A stretch of 64,000 nucleotides of DNA, taken from positions 3,137-67,136 of the forward strand of contig JBAZWJ010000031.1 in NCBI GenBank assembly GCA_041660385.1, written 5' to 3'. This DNA is from Desulfobacteraceae bacterium. GTDB lineage: Bacteria > Desulfobacterota > Desulfobacteria > Desulfobacterales > Desulfolunaceae. The translations under genes and the position numbers were made by a program. Below the pieces are notes generated by a model. It had not been told where the DNA came from. It saw only the letters and a list, made by a program, of their open reading frames with translations, and made no database searches. This document shows, piece after piece, positions 1 to 10,729 of the stretch; position 1 is the stretch's first letter, and every line of letters starts with the position of its first letter.

Positions 1-456
1 GTAATGCCTTCATTGGCTTTTTTCACAAGACGATCAGCATAAAACCCCACAAGGATTTCACCAATCTCTCTACTTTTACCCGTATAGACGATTTGAACAG
101 TCCTTCCATCCAACCGGATTAAACCCATGGATTCCTTGATCATGTCACCAATAACGGCACCGTATTTCTCAGCCCATCCTGTCATGATATCGCTGGTAAG
201 TTTTGTAAGTGAATAACTGTTAAGGAAAAATGATTCGGGTTCAAGACTCAATTGTTTGAATGTCATGAAACCCACAGGATCAGTCATAAGGGCAACTGGG
301 GCGTCATTGGTTATCTCAACATTCTGGGCCACAGTATACCTGTCTGGTAAAATTGCGGATATGACGAGAAAAAGCATTGGGATGATAAAGATAAACAGGC
401 CGATCCATTTGCGTTTGGCCATTCCGTATAAATAACGTTTGATATTAAAATACATG
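1..456 (-). CDS. Polysaccharide chain-length determinant (Wzz-like), N-terminal 152 codons; 3' end lies beyond the window edge
   Basis: Absent from the ORF track because it is open at the window edge. Minus-strand ATG at 454-456 with AAGGAGA ending 4 nt upstream. Reads MYFNIKRYLYGMAKRKWIGLFIFIIPMLFLVISAILPDRYTVAQNVEI...: basic N-terminus, one TM helix, then the 'P.rYta...v.i' start typical of Wzz/PEP-CTERM-locus chain-length determinants. Frame stays open to nt 1; starts 38 nt after the kinase-like gene. Confidence 0.5.
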
Positions 457-494
457 GTGTCTCCTTATATAGAGGATAAAAAACTCTCCGGATT

Positions 495-1175
495 TTAGAA
501 CAACGGATTCTGCCAATGATTCGCAACAACACCGAGTATATTTGCCCCCACGGTTTCGATCGCCGTACACACACGCTTTACATCCTGACGCAATGTCACA
601 TTGGTCAGGGTCACGATGACAACGCCATCGGACGATTTGCATATTTCAAGGGGATCAATCATCTTCTGATTTGTGGGGTATGCCGGAGCTGTATCCACTA
701 TCACAACATCGTAACTCGCCTTTGCTTTATCAAGAAGATCAGCAACCGAAAGATTCACGGTCATAATACCCGTTCCTGACTCCCCTCTGATAGTTTTTGG
801 AGCAGGCAGAATATCAAGATTCTTGACGTAAGTATGACGGACCAGTCTTTCTATCGGTCCGCCATCAGTGTAAAAGGCCATATTATCAGATAGTTCATCT
901 TCGAAAATGGTATGCAACGTTGGCGCATACCAGTTAAAATCAACAACCAGAACCTTTCTCCCAGCGACCTTTGACGCAGCAAGAGCTAATCCGGCTGAAA
1001 GAGTCGATTTCCCTTCTCCCTGAATACTGCTTGCCACAACAATACACGCCGAGTCCTTGATTGATGACTCAATGACCGTGTATATCCTTTTCATTTCAGC
1101 GATACGACCCAGCAATTCAAGCTTACCGACCGTCGACGAATTCATTGTTTTCATCTCCCTGTGCTTTGAATTCAA
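495..1175 (-). CDS. CpsD/CapB-type P-loop ATPase (bacterial tyrosine-kinase-like module of EPS export systems)
   Basis: Walker A 'SSIQGEGKSTLS', Walker A' 'KVLVVDFN', Walker B 'YDVVIVDTAP'; ~220-aa stand-alone module next to a Wzz-like gene. No C-terminal tyrosine cluster (ends ...VANHWQNPLF), so autokinase activity is not assured. Alternative starts at M8/M11. Confidence 0.7.
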   Translation of the reverse strand: MNSKHREMKTMNSSTVGKLELLGRIAEMKRIYTVIESSIKDSACIVVASSIQGEGKSTLSAGLALAASKVAGRKVLVVDFNWYAPTLHTIFEDELSDNMAFYTDGGPIERLVRHTYVKNLDILPAPKTIRGESGTGIMTVNLSVADLLDKAKASYDVVIVDTAPAYPTNQKMIDPLEICKSSDGVVIVTLTNVTLRQDVKRVCTAIETVGANILGVVANHWQNPLF

Positions 1176-1514
1176 ATCAAAGCGCCCCCGCTAATTCTGA
1201 ATGTTAAAGGTGTGACTTGACAAAATCTGCAAGAATTATACCGTCGGCGTCATACTGAACAAGAGAAGCGGGAAACGCATTCCATCAAGGATTTAAGGAT
1301 ATTGCACAGTTCATAACGCACATCATGATCATCATAAATTGATAACAATCATGACATTCACCACATAGATGTGTGCAATTCCTTTCCTATTTCAGGAAAA
1401 GCTATGCCTTATTTTAGAAGAAAAGCCAAATAAAAATAACGAGGAATTTAAGATACTGGGATTTTTTTGGTCCTATCGAACCATTAGATAGATCACTCAC
1501 GTATCGCAGGAGAA

Positions 1515-1895
1515 CTATACTTTTCCTGTGGTCCGGTTAAACAGAAAATAGTCAAGCTGGGCGAGTTGATTGGATGAAAGATTTGAAAATTGAACTCTTC
1601 TTTGTCTCATCACAATAGAACTGAAAGACGATCCATTGTCGACCTGCTCATCTTCCACAATCTTATATGGCATCTTTTCAAGATAGAAACCATTGTCCCC
1701 GACAAAAATATGAGTTGCCACAGATTCGAAGGCTTGTTCTCTATGGACAATATATCTGAAACAAAGACCGCCTCTCCCGATATTGACAATCTGCCCCATG
1801 ATGGTGGAATCCGGACTCAGTGCTGCGTAAGCACCATCCTTGACGCTGTATCTTGGATAAGTCCTACGCTCCTCCCAAAACATATTCCCACTCAT
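1515..1895 (-). CDS. PilZ domain protein (putative c-di-GMP receptor)
   Basis: N-terminal 'RRTYPR' (RxxxR) followed ~25 aa later by 'NIGRGG' (variant of the (D/N)xSxxG PilZ motif); 126 aa, typical single-domain size. Confidence 0.6.
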   Translation of the reverse strand: MSGNMFWEERRTYPRYSVKDGAYAALSPDSTIMGQIVNIGRGGLCFRYIVHREQAFESVATHIFVGDNGFYLEKMPYKIVEDEQVDNGSSFSSIVMRQRRVQFSNLSSNQLAQLDYFLFNRTTGKV

Positions 1896-2159
1896 GCTTT
1901 ATTCCTTAATTTATTTCCCAGTCGTACAAACAAAAAAATTCCTCTTTCACAATCATGTAAGGATCGACGAATTTATTTAAAAAAACGGGTTCCAGCCCAT
2001 CACGTTGCGACCTTCATCATTTCAAAAAACTATATATATGAAATAATTAGTATAAATAGATGACGATATTCGAAACGAAACGTACCATATTCAAAATAGA
2101 ATATCAATATCACACATTTCATCATTCGCTTTTTCAAAAAAATGTGACGAAAATTCCTA

Positions 2160-2873
2160 TTATAAGTATTCCTGTTTTTTTATTTCAGAGTCTTTCAGAA
2201 GATTTCTGGCAAGCAACACATCTTCCTGGGTAGTGATTTTGAGATTATTTCTACTACCTTGAACAAGTCTCACTTTTTCCCCAAGAGCCTCCACCAGAGA
2301 TGCGTCATCTGTACCCACCCAATGGTTTCGTATCGCTGTTTCATGGGCTTCACATATCAGCCCAAAGGAAAAGGCCTGGGGAGTCTGGGCTGCCCATATG
2401 CTTTTCCGGTCAAGGGTTTTTTCGACCATTCCATGGTCATCGGCCATTTTCAATGTATCGGATACAGGAACTGCAAGAATTGCCGCACCGCATTCACGAA
2501 CAGAGTTAATACAATCCGTGATATGCTGATCGGTGACAAAGGGTCTCACTCCGTCATGAATAACCACTATATCATCCGGCATCATAACAAGAGATTTTAA
2601 ACCGTTATAAACCGATTGCTGGCGCTCATTACCACCTGAAACAAGCCGGAACGGTTTCAAAAGAGAAAGGGGCTGCACAATACAGTTCAAACAATAGTCA
2701 TGATCCTCTCTGGGTATGACAAGGCATATATCCGAAATCAAGGAACAGGCATCGAACGTTTTCAGCGTATGGGCCAATACGGATATTCCGTCAAGCTCAA
2801 GATACTGTTTTCGCTGGGGCATTTTCATTCGGAGGCCTTGACCGCCTGCGACTATGATGGCCGTGATTTTCAT
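2160..2873 (-). CDS. ispD: 2-C-methyl-D-erythritol 4-phosphate cytidylyltransferase
   Basis: MKITAIIVAGGQGLRM...KQYLELDG...VIHDGVRPF...AAQTPQAF: canonical IspD motifs and length (237 aa). ATG overlaps the upstream stop by 1 nt (TAATG at 2871-2875). Confidence 0.9.
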   Translation of the reverse strand: MKITAIIVAGGQGLRMKMPQRKQYLELDGISVLAHTLKTFDACSLISDICLVIPREDHDYCLNCIVQPLSLLKPFRLVSGGNERQQSVYNGLKSLVMMPDDIVVIHDGVRPFVTDQHITDCINSVRECGAAILAVPVSDTLKMADDHGMVEKTLDRKSIWAAQTPQAFSFGLICEAHETAIRNHWVGTDDASLVEALGEKVRLVQGSRNNLKITTQEDVLLARNLLKDSEIKKQEYL

Positions 2874-4186
2874 TATTTCAGATATAATAGTTCTTTAGGA
2901 AGTGGGAGTCCTTTGCCCATGAAATCTTCAGCGTAGTTTACTGAGGCAAGAATCTTGATATCATTCAAAGCTCGCATATCGCCTTCAAAAATGACTTCCG
3001 TTACATTCTCTTTCTGAATCTTGCCGCCTGCCCACTGAATATCAAGAACAGAGCTTGCATCGAAACGGTCTCCATTGACGATCATTTCCACTTTACCCCC
3101 AAAGTGCTGAACGATTTTCGCGACCATCATGCTGGGGCGGTTATGAAATCCTCTCGTCATGGGAATGCCCACACTGATGGTCGTTTTTTCGATATTTTCA
3201 TCGAGGATTTCAAAGGCAACTTTCTTCCCGGCATTTAAGAAATGACTGGCGTAATAAAGACCGTAGTTGATGGTTCGATCAAGGAGTATTTTGGGGTCAA
3301 CAATCTCTGACAGACGCTTTCGGACCTGTTGATACAAACTGATAGTCCCCAGTTCCAGAAGATGCCGTTCATAATAATGGAGAAGTCTGCCCTGAACCTC
3401 AAGAATATGAAGAACAACTGAAAAATGTGCTCTCAACTGTTTGAGTTTACGGTTTCCATACCTGTAACCACCAATAATGACATAAGAGTCAAAAGACGAT
3501 TGAAGGTTGTGAATCAGCATTTCGAAATTTCGTATCTCAACTTCACTTACCTTGGATGGAACGATGGCAAGAATTTCGGCGTGGGTGTAAGGCTCGTAAA
3601 AAGACAAAGGCTCAAAGGATTTGACAATATTTAAAAAATCGCTGGCGATTTTAACCACATGCTGGTTCTGTTCGGCAACACGATCATCGTCGATGTCATA
3701 TTCAAGCATTTCACCCGATACCACTCCAGGGAAATTGGCTTGATCATAACTCCCATCCGGAATTTCTATATTCAAACGTCTGGCCTCCTCAATGACCACA
3801 GGCGCAAGACTCATCAAAGATTTAGTAATGAACTCAAGGGTCTTATCCCCTTCTTCTTTGAAATTACCGATATCCGGCAAGTCATAAAACTTCATGCGGT
3901 TTGCGATATGACGCTGAGAATATCCACTAGAACTCAAATGACGCACTGAGGAGGCGAGTTCACGGAAAAAAAACCACTGTTTATTATTTTTTGCACCATG
4001 AAGATCAAGAAAATCTTCAAGAAGATGGGATGTGGCGACCAGCCTGGAGTAGAGTTTTTTCGTAAAAATATGATCAGGAGAGCTGAAGCCCGAAATATAA
4101 ACACAGGCTTTCAAAAAATCATGGGAATATATTCTGACCTTATTAAAGAACGCTGAACCGCATGACGTTGTTTCCAAATTTAGCAC
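2873..4186 (-). CDS. Uncharacterised ~340-aa domain fused to a C-terminal HPr-like (PTS phosphocarrier) domain
   Basis: Last ~90 aa 'ISVGIPMTRGFHNRPSMMVAKIVQHFGGKVEMIVNGDRFDASSVLDIQWAG...' match the HPr fold signature (GLHARPA-like GFHNRPS with the His retained; Ser-46-like 'DASSVL'). The N-terminal domain has no motif I recognise. GTG start at 4186; next in-frame Met is ~107 codons downstream. Confidence 0.6.
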   Translation of the reverse strand: MLNLETTSCGSAFFNKVRIYSHDFLKACVYISGFSSPDHIFTKKLYSRLVATSHLLEDFLDLHGAKNNKQWFFFRELASSVRHLSSSGYSQRHIANRMKFYDLPDIGNFKEEGDKTLEFITKSLMSLAPVVIEEARRLNIEIPDGSYDQANFPGVVSGEMLEYDIDDDRVAEQNQHVVKIASDFLNIVKSFEPLSFYEPYTHAEILAIVPSKVSEVEIRNFEMLIHNLQSSFDSYVIIGGYRYGNRKLKQLRAHFSVVLHILEVQGRLLHYYERHLLELGTISLYQQVRKRLSEIVDPKILLDRTINYGLYYASHFLNAGKKVAFEILDENIEKTTISVGIPMTRGFHNRPSMMVAKIVQHFGGKVEMIVNGDRFDASSVLDIQWAGGKIQKENVTEVIFEGDMRALNDIKILASVNYAEDFMGKGLPLPKELLYLK

Positions 4187-4330
4187 CTGACAAAACGATA
4201 TGACCTGTATTCACCGAATTATGTTGAACCGGTCTAAACGACCAAATTCAACCTAAGCGGCATCAAGGCAACCGCAACCTATTCAAGGAAGCTTGCCACC
4301 AACTTTGAAACAATTTGAAAATAAAAAAGG

Positions 4331-4728
<398 letters not shown>

Positions 4729-4765
4729 CCTGTAAACTTAGGCATCTTATGATTTCTTATCAATA

Positions 4766-5488
4766 TTAATCAACTTTTTTATAGTAAATCATCCTATGAC
4801 ACTGGGGGCAAAAGTTCAAGGATTCACCGCGTTGGATTTCAATAAATCTCTGTGGCGGAATATTCATAAAGCAACCACCACATGCCGTGTTTGTCACAGG
4901 AACGATAGCAATGCCTGAGGATTGTAAGAGGATTTTGTTAAACCGATCAAGGAGTCTTGGTTTGACATTGACTGCTACCTCATCACGTTTTGCTGTGATG
5001 ACTGCAAGTTCCTTTCGTTCACTTACACAATTGCTTTCGATTTCAGCAATTTCCCGTTCTGTGGTTTTAACGATTCCGTCAAGCCTTCCTCTGCTTTCAG
5101 CCACCTCTTTTTCTTTTTTTTCGATCTGGTCGAGGTATTCGATCATCTGGCTCTCGGTTTCGGAATTTCTTTTACGGTTGTCATCAATTTCCCTCAATAG
5201 AGTCTGGTATTCCGTATTTGTTTTGACGTTTTTGAGGTACTCTTCGCTTTTCTTTAAACGGACATCCCGATCTTTCACTTCGTTCTCAAAATTTCTGTAC
5301 AGCCCCTTGACTTCCGCAAGTTTTGATTCCAGGGTGTTCAGCTCGTTTTCAGCATCCCGCCTTTTCTTCCTGCGGCTATCGATTTCGCTTTCAACCCCTT
5401 CCAGCACCTTCCTTATCCTGTTCACTCCCTTCTCTATCTCTTGAAGTTGAACAAGAATTTCCACATCTTCCCTTGTAACGTTTTTCAC
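4766..5488 (-). CDS. Coiled-coil protein with C-terminal C4 zinc ribbon (COG1579-type)
   Basis: K/E-rich coiled coil, then 'CGGCFMNIPPQ...NFCPQCHRMIY' (two CxxC pairs). Sits directly downstream of a Nif3-family gene, the usual partner arrangement. Confidence 0.8.
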   Translation of the reverse strand: MKNVTREDVEILVQLQEIEKGVNRIRKVLEGVESEIDSRRKKRRDAENELNTLESKLAEVKGLYRNFENEVKDRDVRLKKSEEYLKNVKTNTEYQTLLREIDDNRKRNSETESQMIEYLDQIEKKEKEVAESRGRLDGIVKTTEREIAEIESNCVSERKELAVITAKRDEVAVNVKPRLLDRFNKILLQSSGIAIVPVTNTACGGCFMNIPPQRFIEIQRGESLNFCPQCHRMIYYKKVD

Positions 5489-5514
5489 AATTAAATGCCC
5501 CGTTTTTAAGATTT

Positions 5515-6630
5515 TTATATGAATTTAAAGGGGTCTTTCTCCATTCTACACACATCGATATCCATGGGTATCCCCCTTTCCTTACAAACTTTTTTTATTT
5601 TTTCACCCATCGCTTCAGCCACAATAATCTCGGAAGCAAAATGGCCCACATCAACAAGAGTCTTACCGGCATCTTCCACATGACGGGCATCATGATACGA
5701 AAGATCACCGCTGACAAAAACATCTGCGGAACTTTTAAGAAAGTCGCTGATCATACTTGACCCGCTCCCAGTACAAAGGGCCACACGACCAACCATATTA
5801 TCACGCCGTCCGGCAACCTTGATTCGCTCAACTCCCAGTCTTGCTTTAACCTGACTGATAAATTCATCCATACTCACAGGATGATCGAGACAACCGATAC
5901 GGCCTAAGCCCTCCGAATGTTCCGTACTGGTCAGGGGATACACGTCATAGGCCATAACGTCGTATGGATGCACTTTTCTCACATGCTGGACCACGTTTTC
6001 CACATCTTTTTTCTTTACGAGACTTTCGATTCTGAATTCTTCAATGCTGTCGATCTCGCCTTTCCTACCCGAAAAAGGCTCACTGAAAACACCTGGCTTA
6101 AATCGACCTTGACCAGCGCTTGAAAAAGAACAGCAGGTATAATCATCGATCACACCTGCTGAAGTTTCGGAAAGAGCTGTAAGGATTCTTTCCCTATGGT
6201 CGAGTGGTGTAAAAATCACCAGCTTTACAAACGGTTCTCCAACCATCCTTCCCAGAACCTCTGTCTCATTCAAGCCCAGTTTTTCGGCAAACATATCATT
6301 GAGTCCCCCTTTGGCGCTGTCAAGACTCGTATGAGCTGAATAAATAGAAAGGGAGTGTCTGGCTGCTTGAAAAATAACATTTCCAGGATACACGGAAAAA
6401 TCGACGCATTTAACCGGTCGAAATATCAGAGGATGGTGTGTGACAAGAAGGTCAGCCTTTACAGAACAGGCGTATTCCACCACGGCTGGGAGCGGATCCA
6501 GAGCCGTAACTATTTTTTTTACCGTCTGTTCCTTATGCCCAACTTGCAATCCGCAGTTGTCCCACTCTTCCGAAAGATAGGGATCGGCTATCGTTTCAAT
6601 GACTCTGACGATGTCCCCAACTGTAACCAT
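5515..6630 (-). CDS. Nif3-like dinuclear metal centre protein (YbgI/GTP cyclohydrolase 1 type 2 homologue), long form with inserted PII-like domain
   Basis: 'EEWDNCGLQVG', 'LLVTHHPLIF', 'SIYSAHTSLD', 'CTGSGSS...FVSGDLSYHDA', 'VDVGHFASE': characteristic Nif3 motifs, 371 aa. Confidence 0.85.
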   Translation of the reverse strand: MVTVGDIVRVIETIADPYLSEEWDNCGLQVGHKEQTVKKIVTALDPLPAVVEYACSVKADLLVTHHPLIFRPVKCVDFSVYPGNVIFQAARHSLSIYSAHTSLDSAKGGLNDMFAEKLGLNETEVLGRMVGEPFVKLVIFTPLDHRERILTALSETSAGVIDDYTCCSFSSAGQGRFKPGVFSEPFSGRKGEIDSIEEFRIESLVKKKDVENVVQHVRKVHPYDVMAYDVYPLTSTEHSEGLGRIGCLDHPVSMDEFISQVKARLGVERIKVAGRRDNMVGRVALCTGSGSSMISDFLKSSADVFVSGDLSYHDARHVEDAGKTLVDVGHFASEIIVAEAMGEKIKKVCKERGIPMDIDVCRMEKDPFKFI

Positions 6631-6707
6631 AATCTCTCCCGGATGAATGAATCTGAAATACGATGCGCGCCATGGGCAAAGGAAAAAGCACCGTCACAAC
6701 AGGTAAT

Positions 6708-6742
6708 AAAAAAAGGCGTGGTATTGTGACCACGCCTTTTTT
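6708..6742 (-). terminator. Rho-independent terminator (bidirectional shape) after tRNA-CAU
   Basis: AAAAAAA-GGCGTGGT-attgtg-ACCACGCC-TTTTTT: perfect 8-bp GC-rich stem (6715-6722 / 6729-6736), 6-nt loop, A-run and T-run on either side. Located between the tRNA (6811) and the nif3 start (6630). Confidence 0.7.
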
Positions 6743-6810
6743 CAACCTATATAAGAACAGTGATTCGGATGCTTCATACCACCTTCGTCAACTTGGTAAC
6801 TTACATTGTG

Positions 6811-6886
6811 TGGTGGGCCCACCTGGGTTCGAACCAGGGACCGACCGGTTATGAGCCGGTGGCTCTACCAGCTGAGCTATGGGCCC
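6811..6886 (-). tRNA. tRNA with CAU anticodon (elongator Met or lysidine-modified Ile2), CCA encoded
   Basis: Reverse complement GGGCCCATAGCTCAGCTGGTAGAGCCACCGGCTCATAACCGGTCGGTCCCTGGTTCGAACCCAGGTGGGCCCACCA folds as a cloverleaf: 7-bp acceptor, GCTC/GAGC D stem, ACCGG/CCGGT anticodon stem, loop CTCATAA, CCTGG/CCAGG T stem. G1:C72 and no GGG/CCC anticodon stem, so not an initiator. Confidence 0.9.
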
Positions 6887-6940
6887 TCAAGTGCCTTGGA
6901 GTCACGTTAAATAACCCCAGGACATGGTGTTTGTCAAGTT

Positions 6941-8752
6941 TTATATTTCGATAAAACTCTTGAGTTTCTTGCTTCTCGTGGGGTGTCTCAACTTCCTCAA
7001 AGCCTTGGCTTCAATTTGCCTGATTCGCTCACGGGTTACGGCAAAATCCTTACCCACTTCCTCAAGGGTATGATCGGCTTTTTCACCAATACCAAAACGC
7101 ATACGGAGTACTTTTTCTTCTCTGGGCGTAAGAGTGGCAAGAACCTTTCTGGTTTTTTCCGCAAGGTTCATGCTGACCGCCGCATCCGAAGGCAGCATAA
7201 ACTTCTTGTCTTCGATAAAATCTCCAAGATGGCTGTCTTCCTCTTCTCCGATGGGAGTTTCAAGGGATATAGGCTCACGGGCAATTTTAAGGACACGACG
7301 AACTTTATCCAGAGGAATCTCCATCTTTTCCGCAATTTCCTCAGGCGTTGGTTCTCTACCCAGTTCTTGAACAAGATAACGGGATGTACGTATCAGCTTG
7401 TTGATGGTTTCGATCATATGAACAGGAATACGGATAGTTCGAGCCTGGTCGGCAATGGCTCTTGTAATCGCCTGCCTGATCCACCAGGTCGCGTAAGTAC
7501 TGAATTTATAACCCCTTCTGTACTCGAACTTATCCACAGCCTTCATGAGGCCGATATTCCCCTCCTGAATAAGATCCAGAAACTGGAGTCCCCGGTTCGT
7601 ATATTTCTTGGCAATGCTCACCACCAGACGGAGATTGGCTTTAACCAGTTCGCTTTTGGCTAGTTTTGATTTTTGACGCCCGTCTTCAATGGATGATACA
7701 ATTCGGGACAACACCCTGTTGTTTGCTTTGATGGCGTATTCACGTTTATCAATCTGGTTCTGGATGTATTTGATATCAGAGAAAAGTCTTACCCTTCGTG
7801 AATCATCCAGGTCACAACGGTCTTTTGACCATGTCGGCCCTTCATCACCTAAAATCACAGACCTGAACTCCGTGACACTGGAATTAAAGGATTCAGCGCA
7901 ACGGATGATGACCTTGTTCATTTCCTCGAACCATTCAATCTGCTCCTTGATGATTTTATCAACCTTTTCGGTAACACCCACTTCAAGACGCCATTCTTTG
8001 AGGAGGTTGAAGATTTTATCCGTTCTCCTTCCAATGGCACGCCTGGTTTTTCTTTGTTCATCATGGTCGAGTTCGAGTTCTTCGTTGTAAAGCTTTTCAC
8101 GAAGTTCAACGTTTTCGTCATGAACCGCTCTGATGCTGTCAATGGTGGCAAGGAAACTGTCTACCTGGATCTGTTCATCCACCATTCCGTCACCCTCGTC
8201 AATATCCCTTAAAACGTGCTTGGGTCTCAGACGACCGTCCCGGATACTGTCCGAAAGAGAGAGGATATAATCAATGGCAAGAGTGGTGTCCAGCTGACAT
8301 CTTAAGACTTCCTGATCACCGATCTCTATTTTTTTTGCAATTTCTATTTCACCTTCACGGCTGAGAAGAGTGACAAGCCCCATTTCACGCAGATACATTT
8401 TTACAGGGTCAGTAACCGTACCAAAATCAGTAGCAGTTGCCGTTTCATCGGCTTCTTCCCTTTCCTTATCCATGTAGATGTCGTCTTTGGTCAGCTTACT
8501 TCCGCTCATTTTTTTATCTTCAACCAGATCATCGAAGTCTTCCTCTTTTTCCACGAGCTGAATACCCATTTCGGAAAAACCCAGGAAAATCTCATCAAGC
8601 TGATCCGATGATGCAACTTCTTCAGGAAGCCCTTCGTTAACTTCATCGTAAGTAAGATACCCTTTCTTCTTACCTTCCACGATCAACTCTTTCATGAGTT
8701 CCAGCTGTGTTTTCTTATATTCATCTCCACTGGTTATGGACTTTCTGGTCAT
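6941..8752 (-). CDS. rpoD: RNA polymerase primary sigma factor (sigma-70)
   Basis: Regions 1.1 to 4.2 recognisable: '[11 protein letters not shown]', '[75 protein letters not shown]', '[30 protein letters not shown]'. ATGA overlap with the dnaG stop. Confidence 0.95.
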   Translation of the reverse strand: MTRKSITSGDEYKKTQLELMKELIVEGKKKGYLTYDEVNEGLPEEVASSDQLDEIFLGFSEMGIQLVEKEEDFDDLVEDKKMSGSKLTKDDIYMDKEREEADETATATDFGTVTDPVKMYLREMGLVTLLSREGEIEIAKKIEIGDQEVLRCQLDTTLAIDYILSLSDSIRDGRLRPKHVLRDIDEGDGMVDEQIQVDSFLATIDSIRAVHDENVELREKLYNEELELDHDEQRKTRRAIGRRTDKIFNLLKEWRLEVGVTEKVDKIIKEQIEWFEEMNKVIIRCAESFNSSVTEFRSVILGDEGPTWSKDRCDLDDSRRVRLFSDIKYIQNQIDKREYAIKANNRVLSRIVSSIEDGRQKSKLAKSELVKANLRLVVSIAKKYTNRGLQFLDLIQEGNIGLMKAVDKFEYRRGYKFSTYATWWIRQAITRAIADQARTIRIPVHMIETINKLIRTSRYLVQELGREPTPEEIAEKMEIPLDKVRRVLKIAREPISLETPIGEEEDSHLGDFIEDKKFMLPSDAAVSMNLAEKTRKVLATLTPREEKVLRMRFGIGEKADHTLEEVGKDFAVTRERIRQIEAKALRKLRHPTRSKKLKSFIEI

Positions 8753-10593
8753 ATACTCTTGCCTCCTCCGATTCCGGAATTAAATATCTTTTTCTGGCTC
8801 AAACCTTGTTTTTTCATTGTCTTTGAATACACATTCTTCTCATGAATCAGCTTGATCAAAAGGTCCTGATCATTTGTTTCTTCTGCAAGTCTGATTCTCT
8901 GAGAAAGGGTGTTTTCATTCTTCTTTTTGTTCGTGATGTACTGATGGATCAAATTGACACAATTTTTATAAAGATAAGGAATATCTCCTATAGCGAGTCC
9001 TGTTATAAGTCGTCTCGTGGCTTCATCCGAAGCGCGGTTTGTAAGAACAGCCGCCATATCATTGGCATTTCCCTTGTATTCCATAATCATGGTTCCGATG
9101 GTTTTGAAACTTGGCTCATCCAAATGTTCAACCACACCATATTCACGACATTCTTCAATAATATCAGGATACTGAAGCATCATGGAAACAATCTGCCGTT
9201 CCATGTCAATAAAACGCGACAGAGTCTTTCCAGGGCTCGTCATGGGAAGTGAGCTTTGCCCTGTCCTGCCATCCGATTCATACCCCTGTTCTGCCGGTGT
9301 ATGCTCCTTGACCTTCTCATGAACAGCTTTTTCATCCACACCAATCTTATGTGCAAGGTCCCTGATATATAAGGAACGTGCAACAGGATCTTCAATCATC
9401 CCAATGACGCTTTTCATATCATTGATCACAGCTATTCGCCCCTCAATGGACAGGCCGTGTTTTTTAACAGATGATTCGGATAAAAAAGGGACAATACCCA
9501 GGGCTTTCTCCGATGCCATTCTGAATTGATCAGGCCCGAACGCCCTGATAAAGGTATCCGGATCATGAGGCTTGGGAAGAACAAGAATATCGGCACTGAC
9601 AAATTCTTTTTGAAAAACAGGAATACTCCGTGCGGCTGCATGGATTCCAGCTTCATCAGAATCAAATACCAGAACGAATTTTGTCACGCCACACCGGCTC
9701 AGCATACGCACGTGGTCCCGAGTCAAAGCTGTACCCAGCGTTGCAACCACATTGGTTATACCATGCATATAAAGAGCCAGAAGATCAAAATACCCTTCGA
9801 CAATATGGACAACACCCGTTTCCCTTAATGCCTGCCTTGTTCGATCCAAACCATAAAGAGACCTGCTCTTGTTATAGACCGGTGTTTCAGGGGAGTTCAG
9901 GTATTTGGGAAGAGACTGGTCCATAACCCTTCCGCCAAACCCAATAACACGCTGCCCCATGTCACTTATCGGGAAAATGATGCGGTTCCTGAAGCGGTCA
10001 TAATATCTTTCATTGTTTTTTGAAACAATGAGGCCTGATTTTTCCCCTAAATCCCTTGGGATTCTCTTTCGGGAGAAAAAACGGCAGAGATTGTCCCAAC
10101 CATCGGGAACAAAACCCAGGTTAAATTCTTCAGCAACAGAACCGGTCATTCCCCTCTCTTTCAAGTAAGCACGGGCGATTTTCCCCTGCTCACCATCAAA
10201 CAGAACCGATTTGAAATAACCCATGGCCTCTTTGTTTACGGAATAAATGGCTTCTCTTTCATTTTCTTCCCGCCTTGATGAAGGGCTCATCTCTTTTTCA
10301 GGGATGGGAATGCCGTATTTTCCCGCAAGCATTCGAACAGACTCGGGAAAAGATACACCGTCCCTTTTCATCACAAAGCTGAAAACATTCCCTCCAACCC
10401 CGCAACCGAAGCAATGGAAGATGGCCCGTGAAGGATTCACTGAAAACGATGGTGTTTTCTCCGAATGAAACGGACATAACCCCATGTAATGATGACCTGT
10501 TTTCTTCAGTTGAACACTTTCAGAAACCACATCAAGAATATCAGCCGCATTCCGGATCGTTTCAACAATATCTTCAGGGATTAAAAAGGCCAA
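8749..10593 (-). CDS. dnaG: DNA primase
   Basis: Zinc finger '[36 protein letters not shown]', Toprim '[13 protein letters not shown]...VATLGTALT...[10 protein letters not shown]', C-terminal DnaB-interaction-type region; dnaG-rpoD order as in the classical operon. Confidence 0.95.
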   Translation of the reverse strand: MAFLIPEDIVETIRNAADILDVVSESVQLKKTGHHYMGLCPFHSEKTPSFSVNPSRAIFHCFGCGVGGNVFSFVMKRDGVSFPESVRMLAGKYGIPIPEKEMSPSSRREENEREAIYSVNKEAMGYFKSVLFDGEQGKIARAYLKERGMTGSVAEEFNLGFVPDGWDNLCRFFSRKRIPRDLGEKSGLIVSKNNERYYDRFRNRIIFPISDMGQRVIGFGGRVMDQSLPKYLNSPETPVYNKSRSLYGLDRTRQALRETGVVHIVEGYFDLLALYMHGITNVVATLGTALTRDHVRMLSRCGVTKFVLVFDSDEAGIHAAARSIPVFQKEFVSADILVLPKPHDPDTFIRAFGPDQFRMASEKALGIVPFLSESSVKKHGLSIEGRIAVINDMKSVIGMIEDPVARSLYIRDLAHKIGVDEKAVHEKVKEHTPAEQGYESDGRTGQSSLPMTSPGKTLSRFIDMERQIVSMMLQYPDIIEECREYGVVEHLDEPSFKTIGTMIMEYKGNANDMAAVLTNRASDEATRRLITGLAIGDIPYLYKNCVNLIHQYITNKKKNENTLSQRIRLAEETNDQDLLIKLIHEKNVYSKTMKKQGLSQKKIFNSGIGGGKSI

Positions 10594-10729
10594 AACAAAA
10601 GGATCTCCATCCCGCTATTACAACAAAATCAAAGTCGTTGGCGTGAAGTCCCTTTCAACCAATGACCATAGGGACATGAGACGAATCCCATACCCATAAA
10701 TTAAATATGCCAATATTCTGCCACCTCTA

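Noticed and set aside
311-642. Minus-strand ORFs 311-574 and 445-642
   Set aside because: They are out of frame with, and overlap, the well-supported kinase-like gene and the Wzz-like partial gene. No RBS, and a Cys/Arg-rich odd composition.
4887-5444. 185-aa plus-strand ORF, Ser/Leu/Phe-rich
   Set aside because: It lies entirely antisense within the K/E-rich coiled-coil gene (4766-5488). Its low-complexity composition is the mirror image of GAA/AAG-rich codons, and it has no RBS or motif.
6663-6954. Two plus-strand ORFs (63 and 64 aa)
   Set aside because: They run through the terminator hairpin and the tRNA gene, so they are not coding.
6983-8090. Plus-strand ORFs of 226 aa and 133 aa
   Set aside because: They are shadow ORFs antisense to rpoD, whose identity is unambiguous. 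No recognisable motifs.
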